Notes: generated by a model not told the origin, from the sequence alone. A stretch of 63,900 nucleotides of DNA, filler included, from Octopus bimaculoides (GCF_001194135.2; 5 parts of 5 records of this genome joined end to end with filler, not necessarily neighbours in it); one strand, 5' to 3'; numbered from the whole stretch's first letter, positions 27,775 to 40,500 are shown. A program made the numbers and translations.

Positions 27775-27908
27775 TCTGCTAAGTCCAAACATTTGTAGAC
27801 TAAGGAGCAAGATACAACTTCTTTCCTTCTCTTCAAAAGGGTCTTTATCCAGAACATCAGAAACCCAAATTCCAATAGCATAAGGACTTAAGAGCCTAGA
27901 AACTTCAT
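27775..27908 (-). CDS. Candidate internal coding exon, 134 nt ((D)EVSRLLSPYAIGIWVSDVLDKDPFEEKERSCILLLSLQMFGLSR)
   Basis: Acceptor ctgtgcctatAG, donor GTAATG, open frame, ends in phase 0 compatible with the 25890 exon. Confidence 0.45.
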
Positions 27909-28064
27909 CTATAGGCACAGCTGTTGGATGCACTTACCATAAAAACCATGCTGTAGCGGACAGTTGAGCTTGGCACTGGCTTCTGACTAACAAACTCCTA
28001 TCAAACTGTCCATCTCGTGCCAACATGGAAAACAAACATTAAATGATGATGATGATGATATGTG

Positions 28065-28112
<48 letters not shown>

Positions 28113-28334
28113 GCAAGCCATATTTGTCAAAAAAAAACCTGCAAATGATGAGGAGGATTGAAGTGGCACTTAGACCTACGTAATAAACAAACGGAAAATA
28201 TGAAGCCAGAATTTGTAATCAGCTCTTCAAACGCCTTTCAGGGTTCAAAAGTCATTTAAGACCTCACACAAGGAAAGAGCAATTATAGGAAGAAGAAGAA
28301 GAAGAAGAAGAAGTATATATGTATGTATGTATGT

Positions 28335-28705
28335 TTTCCTTGAGTTTTGTTCAAGTTCTTTGAGAGAGTTGAAACCAGTCGCCAACAGAGTGACAGAACA
28401 TTTTGGGTTAAGAGAGCTCCCAGTGTTTGTGAACGGGTGGTTGAGTTGGTATGTTGGTTTGAACTGTCAATGCATACACCCAAATGTGTGCATCTATTCA
28501 CATGACAATCTTAGATGGACAATTTTTGCAATGTCTTACAGACCTCCACTGTGCCACAAATAGATTGAATTTGGAGAATCGGCCTCAGTTTCTTTTGCTC
28601 TTTTTGTGAAACCGAGTATTTCTAGGTTTTTGTGCAAATTTCTTGGTACATAACCTAATGCACTTATGACGATAGGTACAAACGAGAATTCATAATTAGG
28701 AGACA
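28335..28705 (-). pseudogene. R4/Dong-like (restriction-like endonuclease) retrotransposon 3' end
   Basis: YEFSFVPIVISALGYVPRNLHKNLEILGF, then after a frameshift LQIQSICGTVEVCKTLQKLSI*; RLE C-terminal pattern. Confidence 0.7.
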
Positions 28706-28950
28706 TACAAAGACACAAATACATACACACATAAACACATTCACAAATACACACACACACACACACACACACACAAATACACACACACGCACAAATACAT
28801 ACACACACAAACGAACACATAAAAATGATTACCTTGATTTCTTTAACCACCACTTCAGGCCTTCGGGCGTGTTTCAGCAATTTCTCGTATTTGTAGACAT
28901 GTTTCTGAAAAGAAACAGAAAGACAACTGAAAGACAATATACAAACACGT

Positions 28951-29272
28951 AGGGGCAGGTGTAGCTGTGGGGGGAGAAGCTTCTTTTCCAACCACATGGT
29001 TCTGGGTTCTGGCTCACTCTGTTACACCTTGAGCAAGTGTCTTCTACTATGGCCTTATGAGTGAATATGGTAGGCAGAAACTGAAAGAAGCCCATTGTGT
29101 ACTACGACGGGCTTCTTTCAGTTTCCGTCTACCAAATCCACTCACAAGGCTTTGGTCGGCCCGATGCTACAATAGAAGACATTTGCTCAAGGTGCCACGC
29201 AGTGGGACTGAACCCAGAACCATGTGGTTGGTAAGCAAGCTACTTACCACACAGCCACTCCTGCGCCTATAT
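28951..29272. mobile_element. Two SINE-A heads fused tail-to-tail (inverted pair)
   Basis: 28951-29100 is + strand, 29103-29272 is - strand; cagaaactgaaagaagccc faces gggcttctttcagtttcc. Confidence 0.85.
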
Positions 29273-29734
29273 ATGCATATATATATATATATACACATAT
29301 ATATATGCATGTGTATGTATACATGTGTATGTATACATGTGTATATACATTAGTTTAATATTACTATACATGCAAACATCAGGAAAAAATAACATTCAAT
29401 ATAAACCGCAAACACACAAATGTACATTTACACACACACACACACACACACACAATCTACAAAATATGCACACACAAAAACAATTTTGATTCATCATCAA
29501 AAAATAAAAACAATCAAATGAAAATAAAAAGATGTAAATGAAAACAAAACAGTAACCTCACACATACAAACACACACACACACGCATGCTTGTGCACGTA
29601 CACACACTCTTACACACACACACATACACACGCACACGCACACATCCTTGAAACCCACAGATAATGTGTCAAAACTTAACATGTGCGAAATAATTAGTTG
29701 GAGAATTTGAAACCATTAAAAAGGCCACAGAAGT

Positions 29735-29965
29735 GTAATGAAAACAATCGTTTCTACTTCAGGCACAAAGCCGGGAATTTGGGGGGGATGTGGGCTTGTG
29801 GATTGCATTGACCCCAATGCTCAATTGGTACTTATTTCATCGACCCCAGAAGAGTAAAAGGCAAATTCACCATCAGCAGAATTTGAACCCATAATAATGT
29901 AAAGTCAGAAAAAATGCTACTAAGCATTTCGTCCATTGTGCTAAACAATGCTGCCAAGCTCACCA
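29735..29965 (-). mobile_element. SINE family B
   Basis: Reverse complement of 24070-24285. Confidence 0.8.
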
Positions 29966-30411
29966 CCATAATAAATAAATATAAATAAATAAATAAATAA
30001 ATGCACCCTTTTAAAGCCTAGACAGGCTCATGGGCCCAGTTTCCCGGTTTCTATGGCGTATGTGTTCCCCAGCTGGATGGGATGCCAGTCCATCACAGCA
30101 TTACAGCAGCTTCTCAGAGGTTTCGCATAGTTTTCTTCTGAATCAATTGCAATCTCAGAAACTTTGCAGCGTCATCACCAGGTACTTCATGTTTACAAGC
30201 GTTTTGCCCATTAGCCTGTACCCCCCTGTTTGTGGGGAGGGGGGGGGGCAGCAAGGGTTGAATTAGTCTTCCCCTGTGGTAAGGGTTCCTTCCACTTGCA
30301 GTTCTTCAACTGGTTTCAGCTACCATGCCTATTCCTTTGGCAGCATTCTTCCAGTCTGCTTCCCAAACCAATCTTCTGCAGAAAATAGTGCAATGATCCA
30401 GCTGGAAAACT

Positions 30412-30412
30412 G

Positions 30413-30461
<49 letters not shown>

Positions 30462-30610
30462 GGTGGTAGTGATGGTGGTGGCAGTAGTAGTTGTGATAAT
30501 TAGGATGATGACGACGACGACGACGACGGTGATGAGGGTGATGATGATGATGATGATGAGGATCGTGATGGTAACGGTGATTATTATGACGATAATGATG
30601 ATGGTAATGA

Positions 30611-30648
<38 letters not shown>

Positions 30649-30718
30649 AATGATGATGATGATGATGATTACACCATTCTCATGAAATTCTGCATAGGCC
30701 TCAAATTATTTTCCATCG

Positions 30719-30750
<32 letters not shown>

Positions 30751-30752
30751 AC
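30412..30752. repeat. (ATG)/(GTG)/(ACG)/(AAC) compound microsatellite
   Basis: Direct inspection. Confidence 0.95.
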
Positions 30753-31114
30753 AACGATTACCATAGCATGCTAATTATCAACATAGAAATACTAAATTAC
30801 AGCAAAGTTGTGTAGAAGTGAGCTGAAAGTGATTACGCTGACCTAGCTGTTGAATTCGAAAAAAAAAACAACAGTATGGCACTTAAGGAATGTGTTCCAT
30901 CATCCCAGATGTAAGTGGTACAAATAGGAACAATACATATCTAATTTTGGTAAACATGTTAATAACAGTTGTGGAAGGGCAGACTTAAGAAATAGCATTC
31001 TCTGTATCACATTTAACAAAGATATGCAGCAGAAAGCCACAGAACTGTGGTATTCGTCTCGAGAAAGTATTTTGTATAGATAAGAAACTTCTAGATTGTT
31101 TTTTTTTTGTTTTA

Positions 31115-31500
31115 TAGGTGCAATCATGGCTGTGTGGTAAGAAGTTAGGTTCCCACCCACAGAGTTCTGGGTCCAGTATCACTGCATGGCACCTTGGGCA
31201 AGTGGCTTCTACTATAGACTTGGGCCAACTAAAGCCCCGTGAGTGGATTTGAGAGACGGAAACTGAAAAGAAGCCCGTCGTATGTATTCTTTCGTTCTTT
31301 CACCTGTTTCAATCGACCGAATGTGGCCATGCTGGAGCACCATCTTAACGGGGGGGCTTTAGTTGTTCGAATTGACCCCAGGTCTTATTCTTTGCAAACC
31401 TAGTATTTATTCTATAAGTGTTCTTTGCCAGACTGCTTGACGATGGGGATGTAAACACACCAACATCAGTTGTCAAGCGATGATGGGGAGGACAAACACA
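31115..31500. mobile_element. SINE-A head (+, 31115-31285) joined to a SINE-A tail (-, 31285-31500)
   Basis: Homology to 1501-1660 and 16555-16760. Confidence 0.75.
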
Positions 31501-31509
31501 AATATATAC

Positions 31510-31865
31510 ATCATCATCATCATCATCATCATCGTTTAACGTCCGCTTTCCATGCTAGCATGGGTTGGACGATTTGACTGAAGACTGGTGAAACCAGATG
31601 GCAACACCAGGCTCCAGTCTGATTTAGCAGAGTTTCTACAGCTGGATGCCCTTCCTAACGCCAACCACTCAGAGAGTGTAGTGGATGCTTTTACGTGTCA
31701 CCCGCACGAAAACTTTCATAACCTGATCTAACAGCTTGATGCCTCTGTAATTATTTGTATCTAAAGCGTCACCTTTACCTTTGTAGCAGTTGACTATGAT
31801 GCTGCTACACCAGTCATTGGGTATGACTCCTTCGTGTATCACCTGGTTCGTAATACGGGTGACTA
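31510..31865 (-). mobile_element. Internally deleted RTE copy: RT N-terminal piece fused to the 3' tail
   Basis: VIPNDWCSSIIVNCYKGKGDALDTNNYRGIKLLDQVMK (matches 41520-41590) joined directly to sequence matching 43330-43505. Confidence 0.85.
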
Positions 31866-32192
31866 NNNNNNNNNNNNNNNNNNNNNNNNNNNNNNNNNNN
31901 NNNNNNNNNTTAATTAATTAANNNNNNNNNNNNNNNNNNNNNNNNNNNNNNNNNNNNNNNNNNNNTATTTATATATATTTATATATATAAACAATATATG
32001 AGTATATGCATATATATGTACATGTATGTACATACCTTCATCTACATGTACATATAGATACATATCAGGGTACATGACGTTGCAAAAGAACATGGACAAA
32101 ATGATAAACAAGGTACAACAAACAAGCAAGCCACATAGAGGACTCAGACAGATGTTAGCCGATACCTGGGGTGTACTTCGGGACAAATCTGT

Positions 32193-33190
32193 AAAAGATT
32201 ATCTAATCATTATAGTACCTTTAGAGATAGAAGTAAAATAGCAAGCACTAGTCTTAGTAAATTCATTTGGGAATTGAAAGAACAAAAAAAAGCAATATTC
32301 GTTAGAATGGTCGATCATCGGGAGATCGTTCCCGTACGACAAGGGTAGAAGATACTGTTCGTTACGTAATTTAGAACTATATTTCATATTATTCTCTAAG
32401 GGTAAGTTGATAAATAAACTAACAAATAATTGTCTAAGATATACACATTTTCCAAGACACACATTTCGCTGGTTTAAATAAATTGCAATATGACTGGGTA
32501 TTATAGTACATTATAGTATATTAGGTCTTAAGGCAGGCCATATCAATGTATAATTTACCAATAGCAGTTGTGGTTTTTGCAAAAGCCTCTAGAGATAATA
32601 TAGTATAGATTTCCATTGTAATAGAGGATTGTTTATAATTTATAGTACATTATAGTATAATATTAGGTCATAAGGCAGGCCATATCAATGTATAATTTAC
32701 CAATAGCAGTTGTGGTTTTTGCAAAAGCTTCTAGAGATAATATAGTATAGATTTCCATTGTAATAGAGGATTGTTTATAATTTGTAGTACATTATAGTAT
32801 AATATTAGGTCTTAAGGCAGGCCATATCAATATATAATTTACCAATAGCAGTTGTGGTTTTTGCAAAAGCTTCTAGAGATAATATAGTATAGATTTCCAT
32901 TGTAATAGAGGATTGTTTATAACTTATTAATAATATTATTAATATTATTGATGATATTATGAGGGGTTGTCTCCCCTTAACGGACATTTATTCAAGGAGT
33001 AATTTATTTAACAAGTTATTTAAGGACAAATTTGAATATGGACTGGACATAGAGACGATGTTTTGGTATTTACTTTTTGTTCTTAAACTTTTTTTCCCTG
33101 AGGACGTGTAAGGCAATTTATATGTTTGACTTAAATTTGACAGTCAAATATAGCCTTATAGAGAAATGTTGACAGGAATAAATTTCAATA
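32193..33190 (+). mobile_element. Penelope-like element 3' part: GIY-YIG C-terminus, tandem repeats and pseudo-LTR
   Basis: 32193-32481 translates with one frameshift to KRLSNHYSTFRDRSKIASTSLSKFIWELKE..YSLEWSII..PYDKGRRYCSL.NLELYFILF..LINK, typical of the PLE endonuclease end; HHR-like motif at 33098-33176 followed by AATAAA. Confidence 0.85.
32501..32922. repeat. Three tandem 139-142 bp units
   Basis: agtacattatagtat starts at 32505, 32644 and 32786; near-identical units. Confidence 0.95.
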
Positions 33191-33540
33191 ATAATCGATA
33201 TTAGTGTCAAAACTCTCTTTTAAATTTAAAACTTTGGATATATATAAGTATATATATGTATACATGCATACATATANNNNNNNNNNNNNNNNNNNNNNNN
33301 NNNNNNNNNNNNNNNNNNNNNNNNNNNNNNNNNNNNNNNNNNNNNNNNNNNNNNNNNNNNNNNNNNNNNNNNNNNNNNNNNNNNNNNNNNNNNNNNNNNN
33401 NNAAGCAATATTGGGAGGACAAACACAGACACACAAACAAACTCACCCACACACACATCTTATGAAATTTCTACCTATGCCTTTCCTACAGATTGAGCAC
33501 GGCCACACATGAAGGCATTTGTGATTTCTATGCTTTCCAA

Positions 33541-35590
33541 CACTGGGGAACACATATTTTATTGAATGATATCTGTCATTTGATTCTAAGTAATTTGGGT
33601 GCACTGAATACGAATTTTAACTCAGTTTGGCTCTATCAGGACCTGATTCTTGTCAACAGCCCATGTGCAATTTTCCAAATTTTTCAAATTAAGTCATGAG
33701 TTCAAATTAATTTTCAGGTTTCATGAATATAAGCAATTCAAACTACTGTAAAATTACATTATAATGATAGAAATGACTTAAAATAAAAATAACAAAATAA
33801 AGAGATGAAGCTTTCACTCTGGCAAAAATTTTCTTTCATAAGATTTTCTAGCATACTTTGTTTGTTGATATATATAGTAAACATGGTCTCTTTTCAAGCA
33901 CCAACAGTAATCAGCCATCATGTGGGAATCCCAGTGTCCTTGGTACCATTCCTCCATAATTTTGATATCTTGGTGGAATCTCACCCCTTGTTTGTCACTT
34001 ACAGCACCTAAATTATTTGGAAATTGGTCAAGATGACTATTCAAAATAGCATTTTATGCTCATATTGCAACCTAACACTTTGTATTCCCTTAAAAGTTTT
34101 TTTCTTTGTAGTTATCTGCCCTATAATTGTCTGAAATTTTTTCTATCAAATCCACAAATGAGAACTAGACATTTTTTTCATGTTCATTCATGACATTAGG
34201 AAAATCGCAGTCTTTAATTAATGTTCTTATTTGTGGACCATCAAAAATTCCTGCCTTGATTTTTCCATAACTCAGATTTGGAAACTTTCACCATTCATAT
34301 CTAAAGCTTTTACATATTGTTTAATGAGACCTAATTTCTTATGCAAAGGAGGAAATATGATTTTATTTCTGGTCATTAATTACATATTTTTCTCCGACAG
34401 TAAGTGATGTTCATGTTGGCTAGATTTGTTTGAAATAATTTTCTTCCTTGGCAAAGGAAGCAGAGATATTTAGTATACCCTGCTTGTTGTCCAAGCAGAA
34501 GATTAACCATTTTTAAGTCAAGACATATGATTCACCCATGCTTCCTATATTTGATAAGATTTAAAATCTTTTCTATATGTTTATAGTTTTCTTTTAATTT
34601 TCTCAAGTGCCTAATCAGTATCAAGCCGTATAGATTGCCATTATGTAACAACACACACTTAAGACTTTTTTTCAAACTGTCTAAAACAAGTGCTAATCAT
34701 ATGCATTATAATACTCAACCTCTTCTCCTGTAACAAAATAGGTGTGTCGCAGCAATTATCCTCTGTTCTAAAATATCCTATGCTCTAAAATATCTAAGAA
34801 GTTCTTTTTTCTGTAAAATGTAATGTATGTGCTTGAAGTAAGTAAGTTTTCTCTCTAAGTCTTGAAGCTTAAATTTAGATCCCTTACAAGATCGTTCAAC
34901 TCAGTGGATCATTTTTGACTTTCAAATACACTGGAGTCAAAATCAGTATCAGACTCCTCAGAGTGCATAACAATATTTTCTGGAACATCTTCAACTAATT
35001 CTTGAGGTGGCAGAGTCTAAAATATTGGGATGAGGATTTCATTTGAATGTAGCAATGGTCATATTGCATTGTTGAAATTTGGGTACTTGACATAATGTTT
35101 ATTTTTGTTAGTAAAGCTCGAAGTCTTGACAAAGCGAAAGTAACAATTAGTCTCATAGCTAATAGGTTCTCACCACACCTGTATGGAAAAAAAATTGTGT
35201 CAAAAGGTTTTTGACATAAAGAAAAATTGCTCTCATAACGCAGTTAAGTTAAATTCATGTGAACCTTTCTTCTGACTCCCATTCGATTAAATTCACCTTC
35301 CTTATTTCTATTCAAAGTTAGTCGAATACACTTGTACATGAATACATGGGTAAGAATGCACAGAATGGAATGTACCAGGTGCCTGTTTGTCAGTATTTGG
35401 AAAAGCGTTAACAAAAGTGATGAGAGACTAGCTTTCATGAATTCTGTCAAAAGTTATCACTCAAAGATTTAACATTTCTATGTATTCCAACCTTAGGCAA
35501 TATTTGAGATTCTAATAAACATTTTCAGTAAATTTTTGTTTATGTACTGAAATTACAATTACATTTCGGCAAGTTACAGTATACTAGTGA
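33541..35590 (-). mobile_element. Chapaev3-like (CMC superfamily) DNA transposon, degenerate transposase
   Basis: SHLDQFPNNLGAVSDKQGVRFHQDIKIMEEWYQGHW..MMADYCW and VW*EP..YETNCYF..YPN..P..HS motifs; candidate CACT..-type ends at 33541 and about 35590; family assignment from recalled motifs. Confidence 0.75.
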
Positions 35591-36355
35591 CTAAATTATG
35601 TAGTTCTATGAAACCACAAACTTACCATTGGAACTCCAAAATCAGGACCTTGCTTTATTATGGCCATTAGAACTATGATAATTGCTCTAGTTAACATCAT
35701 TATCATATTCATTGTTGCTATTATTACTAATATTATCACTATTGTTGCTGTTATTGTTACTGCTACCCACAGCATACCTTTCCCTGCCTGCAAAATATGC
35801 ATCTAAGTTTTAACTGTTAATTTTTAAGTTTCCCTAAAGGCTACCAAATTTGGTCAATTGCTAAACTTTAACCTTATGGTTAAAGATTTTGCCATTACCC
35901 TCCTTCCTGAATTCAAAATCATCTCTGGCTCAGCAGGATACCAAGATGCCTCAACTTACTTAGGAGCTTCTTAACCTATATCAAGTAGTTCTCCTTGACC
36001 TTGGTTAACTTCATGGTGGCAACTCCAACACCCATTTTTCACACCAAAACCTGGATTCCCTTGCACAGATCTTCCATCATCTTGTCAACAGTTGTTCGAT
36101 GAATTTCAGAGTGCAGATGCAGTCAGAACATTGATTGTGTCGCTTTCTGCTGGCCACAGTTTCATAGTCTCTGTTTGCAGCTGTCCATGCAATGTCTTAC
36201 AGTGTTCACAAAGCATTGAGCAGCAGTCATGATACAGGTATTTTGATACCAACTGTGAATCCTCATGATACAAGTAACTCTTTTCTAATATTCAGATGAC
36301 TCCAGACCACTATGCCAGCTAACTTTTTCTCACCGAGCTATTCCTGAAAAAGGAG

Positions 36356-36936
36356 ACTAAGTTTTAACGTTCTAGCTCACATCTACTGTTCACAGCAGTG
36401 CTTGGAAGGAAGGTGTGTAGTGTATGATTGTCACATTGACCATGACAAAGAAATGATGATACCTGCTCAGAAGCTAACGTAAAGTTGCAGATAGTGTATG
36501 GAGAGGAGTGTATGAGCCGCACACAAGTGTACAAGTGGTTCAGACATTTCCAAGATGGCTGTAAAAATGTTGATATTAATGAACGTTCTGGGTGACCTGC
36601 AATCAGCAGAACTGAGAAAAACATTGCAGATACGCATGCAGCTATGAGGGGAAATCATCACATCACCATCCGTGAGTTATCAGTTCAGTTCAATCCATCA
36701 TCACTGACAATTTGCATATGAGATGCCTGTCTGCCAAGTTTGTGCCAAAACTGCTTTCAGCTGATCAAAAAGACACTCAGCTTTCAGTTGCACAAGTTCT
36801 CCTTAATTGTACCAAGAACAATGAAAACTATTTGAAAAGTTTGCATAGACCTCTGAGCAGGTATCGCCAAGCTACACTCCTTCCTTCCAAGCACTGCTGT
36901 AAACAGTGGAAGTGAGCTAGAATATTAAAACTTAGT
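36356..36936 (+). mobile_element. Non-autonomous mariner derivative with about 65-bp inverted repeats
   Basis: IRs 36356-36420 / 36872-36936; internal YGEECMSRTQVYKWFRHFQDG..ERSG*P and SAKFVPKLL (HTH + WVPRLL-type linker), catalytic domain absent. Confidence 0.85.
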
Positions 36937-37040
36937 GTGCATGCACAGCAGAATTCAAGATCAATTTGTGCCAAGCAGCTTCTCTCACCATGCTTTAGCT
37001 TTGTTACTATAGCAACAGGCCAGATACTTATTATTCAGAC

Positions 37041-37076
<36 letters not shown>

Positions 37077-37509
37077 CGCTTTTCAGTGCTACTGGTACCA
37101 TGTAGTCCAGTACAACCTGTTCCATGGTTGGGTCATTGGCAACTAAACTGGCAACCCCACCAGGCTTGCTTGGTGAGGTGGGTGCTTGTTGAACACCCAA
37201 CAGGACAAAAAATAAAACCCGTCAAAGGGTGGAGGAACTACAAAGTAGTCAATGGCCATTCAGCTACATGTGTTTGTGGTGTATTTGTGTGTGTGTATTG
37301 TATATATTGCATTTTAAGCTCCGTGTGTGTGTGTATGTGTATGGTAAATACTGTATTTCCACGTGTGTATGTATATATCGTATGTTGTTTTTAAATTGTA
37401 TATATGGTATGTCAATCTTATTTTAAAATTTACTCAGTTTTTATCCCAATCTTTAATTTGTATTTATTTTTCTTATTTTAATTTTTTTTTTTTTTAATAA
37501 ATAGAGGAG

Positions 37510-40500
37510 GGGTGGATAGAGCTCCTCTGTTTCACCAAGCCATGGCGAAGGCAGTCTATCTAAGAGAAAGTAACTCTGAATTTAAATACTTCACTGCTGT
37601 CTTGTAGTTAGCCTTTGATTGGGCAAGACTAGAAGGACACTGATATAAAACCTGCGACTGCAAATGCACCCAATGATGTCAACTTGCTCTTCCTTTTGGA
37701 TCATGCTTTGTAGTTTAGAGAGTGGGAATGGCTGCTGTGCAACACTTTTCCTCACTTTAAAAAGTGTCAAGCACAGACATTGCTGGAGAGGGAAACGAAA
37801 TGGACATCTTGTATGTACATGGTTGGCTGAAGCTTAAAAAGTTACATCTAAACAATAAAAGTTCATATTGATAATGAAGTAAATGGCAAAAGGGAGTCTG
37901 GAACATTTTGTTCTGTGGTCTGGCCCAGCAGATGTCCCAGGGCACCACAGCCTGGATTTGGTCATCATCCTGCAACTGTGAGCAAATTCAAGTTAAGATA
38001 CAAGCCTATGAATATAGAATGTTCAAATGTTCGAACGTTATTAGACAATGATTGTCTGAAATCTTGTCCAGAGGGAAGATCTGCGCTTGTTGCAGAAGAG
38101 TTACAGCGATATGATATGGATGTTGTAGTGTTAGCTGAAACAAGAATCCATGGGAAGGGGACTTTCATAGAGAAATCTGCCAGATATCATTTCTTTTTGA
38201 GCGGTAGAGAAGAGACCTATAAGAGAGAATCAGGAGTGGGATTTGCTATCAAAACCACTCTGGCTTCAAAACTTGAGGAACTACCATGTGGTTATTTGGA
38301 TCGTTTATTGTCTTTAAGGCTTCCATTAAGAAAAGGTCACTATGCAACACTTATAAGTGCATATGCTCCAACTATGAATTCATCAGAGGACGATAAACTT
38401 GCCTTCTATCTATCACTTACAGAGGTTATACATAATATCCCCCATGATGACAAAGTTGTCATTTTGGAAGATTTTAATGCTCGTATTGGTGCAGATTGGG
38501 AAACTTGGGGTATCCTAGGAAAGCATGGGGTTGGGAGTTCCAACAGTACTAGTTTGCTACTGTTACAAATGTGCATAGAAATGGATTTGTGTGTCATGAA
38601 TACAATGTTTTGACTAAAGAATAAGTATAAAACGACATGGATGCACCCTGGTTCTAAGAAATGGCATCTTATAGATTACATCTTCACCAGGAAACGAGAT
38701 ACAAGGTACTTTGCTATTGTACGAGTGATGTGTGGTGCAGACTGCTGGACTGATCATAGGCTTTTGCATGCCAAGGTGAATTTTGTTGTCAAGCAAATAA
38801 TGTCAAATTACCTAAACAGATTGATGTGAATAAACTTAAGATTCTATCAGTACTCAGTGAGTTTTGTGAGTGAGATAAATAATTTGTCCTGTGATGGAAG
38901 CTGGAAGTCATTCAAAGAAAGAGTGTACGAGATTTGTAGTAATATTCTTCGCTTTGTGTTAAAAAACACCAAGATTGGTTTGACGATAATGATGAAAAAG
39001 TTAATCTTATCTTAGAGGAGAAGTGAAAGGCATTTAACATGTTGCAAAATGTTGACATGTCAACGAACAGGACAGTGGCTACATATTTCAAGGCAGTAAA
39101 AGCAACAGTGCAGAGGGAGCTACAGATGATGCAGGAAACTTGGAGGAGTGGTAGATGTGATGAAATCCGAGAAGCTTCAAATGCTAACAATTCCAAACTT
39201 TTTTACTCTCTCTTGAAAAAAGTTTATGGACGAGTTTCATCAAAGGTTGTGCCACTTTGGAGCAAGGCTGGCACAGAATTATTAACAAATACTAAAGATA
39301 TTGTTGGGAGATGGAAAGAACATTTTGATGAGTTGCTCAATAGACCCACTGAAGTTGACCTCTCTTTTCTTGATAATATACCTGAGAGACCAATAAAACA
39401 TCTTATAGCAGAAGTTCCAAACCTAGCTGAAATAAAAGCAGCAATCAGGAAATTGAACAATGGAAAGGCCCCTGGTATGGATGGAATAGATATATAAATA
39501 TGGTGGTGATCATCTTTGTGCAATGTTGATGGATGTGATTCAGAGGGTTTGGCAAAGTGAAGGGATTCCTCCGGATTGGCATGATGCAACTATGGAGATA
39601 CTATATAAATCTAAAGGTGGAAAGGATGTCTGTGAAAATTATCGTGCCATCTGTCTATTAGCTGTTGCTGGAAAGGTCCTCTGTAGGATAATACTGGATA
39701 GATTGCTTCTGCACATTGCTGATGAGGTTCTACCAGAATCGCAATGTGGGTTTAGGGATAGTAGGAGTACTATGGATATGATATTTTCGGTTAGACAGTT
39801 GCAAGAGAAGTGCATCGAACAGGATATGGACTTATACCAGGTTTTCATTGACCTACCAAAAGCATTTGATTCTATCAATAGAATTGCACTTTGGGAGAAA
39901 AATTTGTGAGAATGCTTAGACAATTTCATGACAAGCTGGAAGTGAGAGCTAATGTTGGAGGTACCTTATCAGATCCAATTTCTGTAGTAAATTTCTGGTG
40001 TAAAGCAAGGTGATATTCCTGCTCCTACACTGTTTGCTATATATTTCACAATAGTCTTTCAAATAGCTTTTAAAGATTGCCCTGAAGGTGTCTATATAAG
40101 ACATAGGACAACAGAAAAACTGTTCAATCTCAAAAGTTCTGCATTCTCACCTCGTTGAGTTCCTGTATGCAGATGATTGTGACCTGTTGGCACATTCTCA
40201 GAAAGATATGCAGCACATGGTGAATGTGATTTCTGCAGCATGTGCAGAATTGGGTCAAACAATCAATCTACAAAAAACTGTCGTAATGTACCTGCCTGCT
40301 CCCTCCAAGATGTATGTGGAAACTTTTATAACTGTGAATGGTCAAAGGTTAGTGACTGTACCTAGATTTATTTATTTAGGAAGTACCTTGAGCACTGCTG
40401 GTCTTGATGATGAAATTTCATACAGAATCAGCAGGGCTAGTAGGGCTTTTGGTAGGCTTGATAGGCGTCTGTGGAAACAACATAATATATCTTCACAAAT

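Noticed and set aside
32501-32922. CRISPR-like array (also the 60-, 66- and 37-bp repeats)
   Set aside because: Contiguous tandem units without unique spacers, in a eukaryotic context
35900-36240. Decayed coding-like stretch on the minus strand
   Set aside because: Multiple stops and no recognisable motif; family cannot be assigned
37130-37240. Hairpin accccacca..tggtg..tgggt resembling an RTE 5'UTR structure
   Set aside because: No second copy or ORF link to support a call
37505-37565. Possible HDV-like ribozyme at the RTE 5' end (GGGTGGA..CCTCTG..TTCACC..GGCGAA)
   Set aside because: RTEs can carry HDV-like ribozymes and P1 pairs, but P2, P3 and P1.1 could not be built convincingly; needs the family consensus
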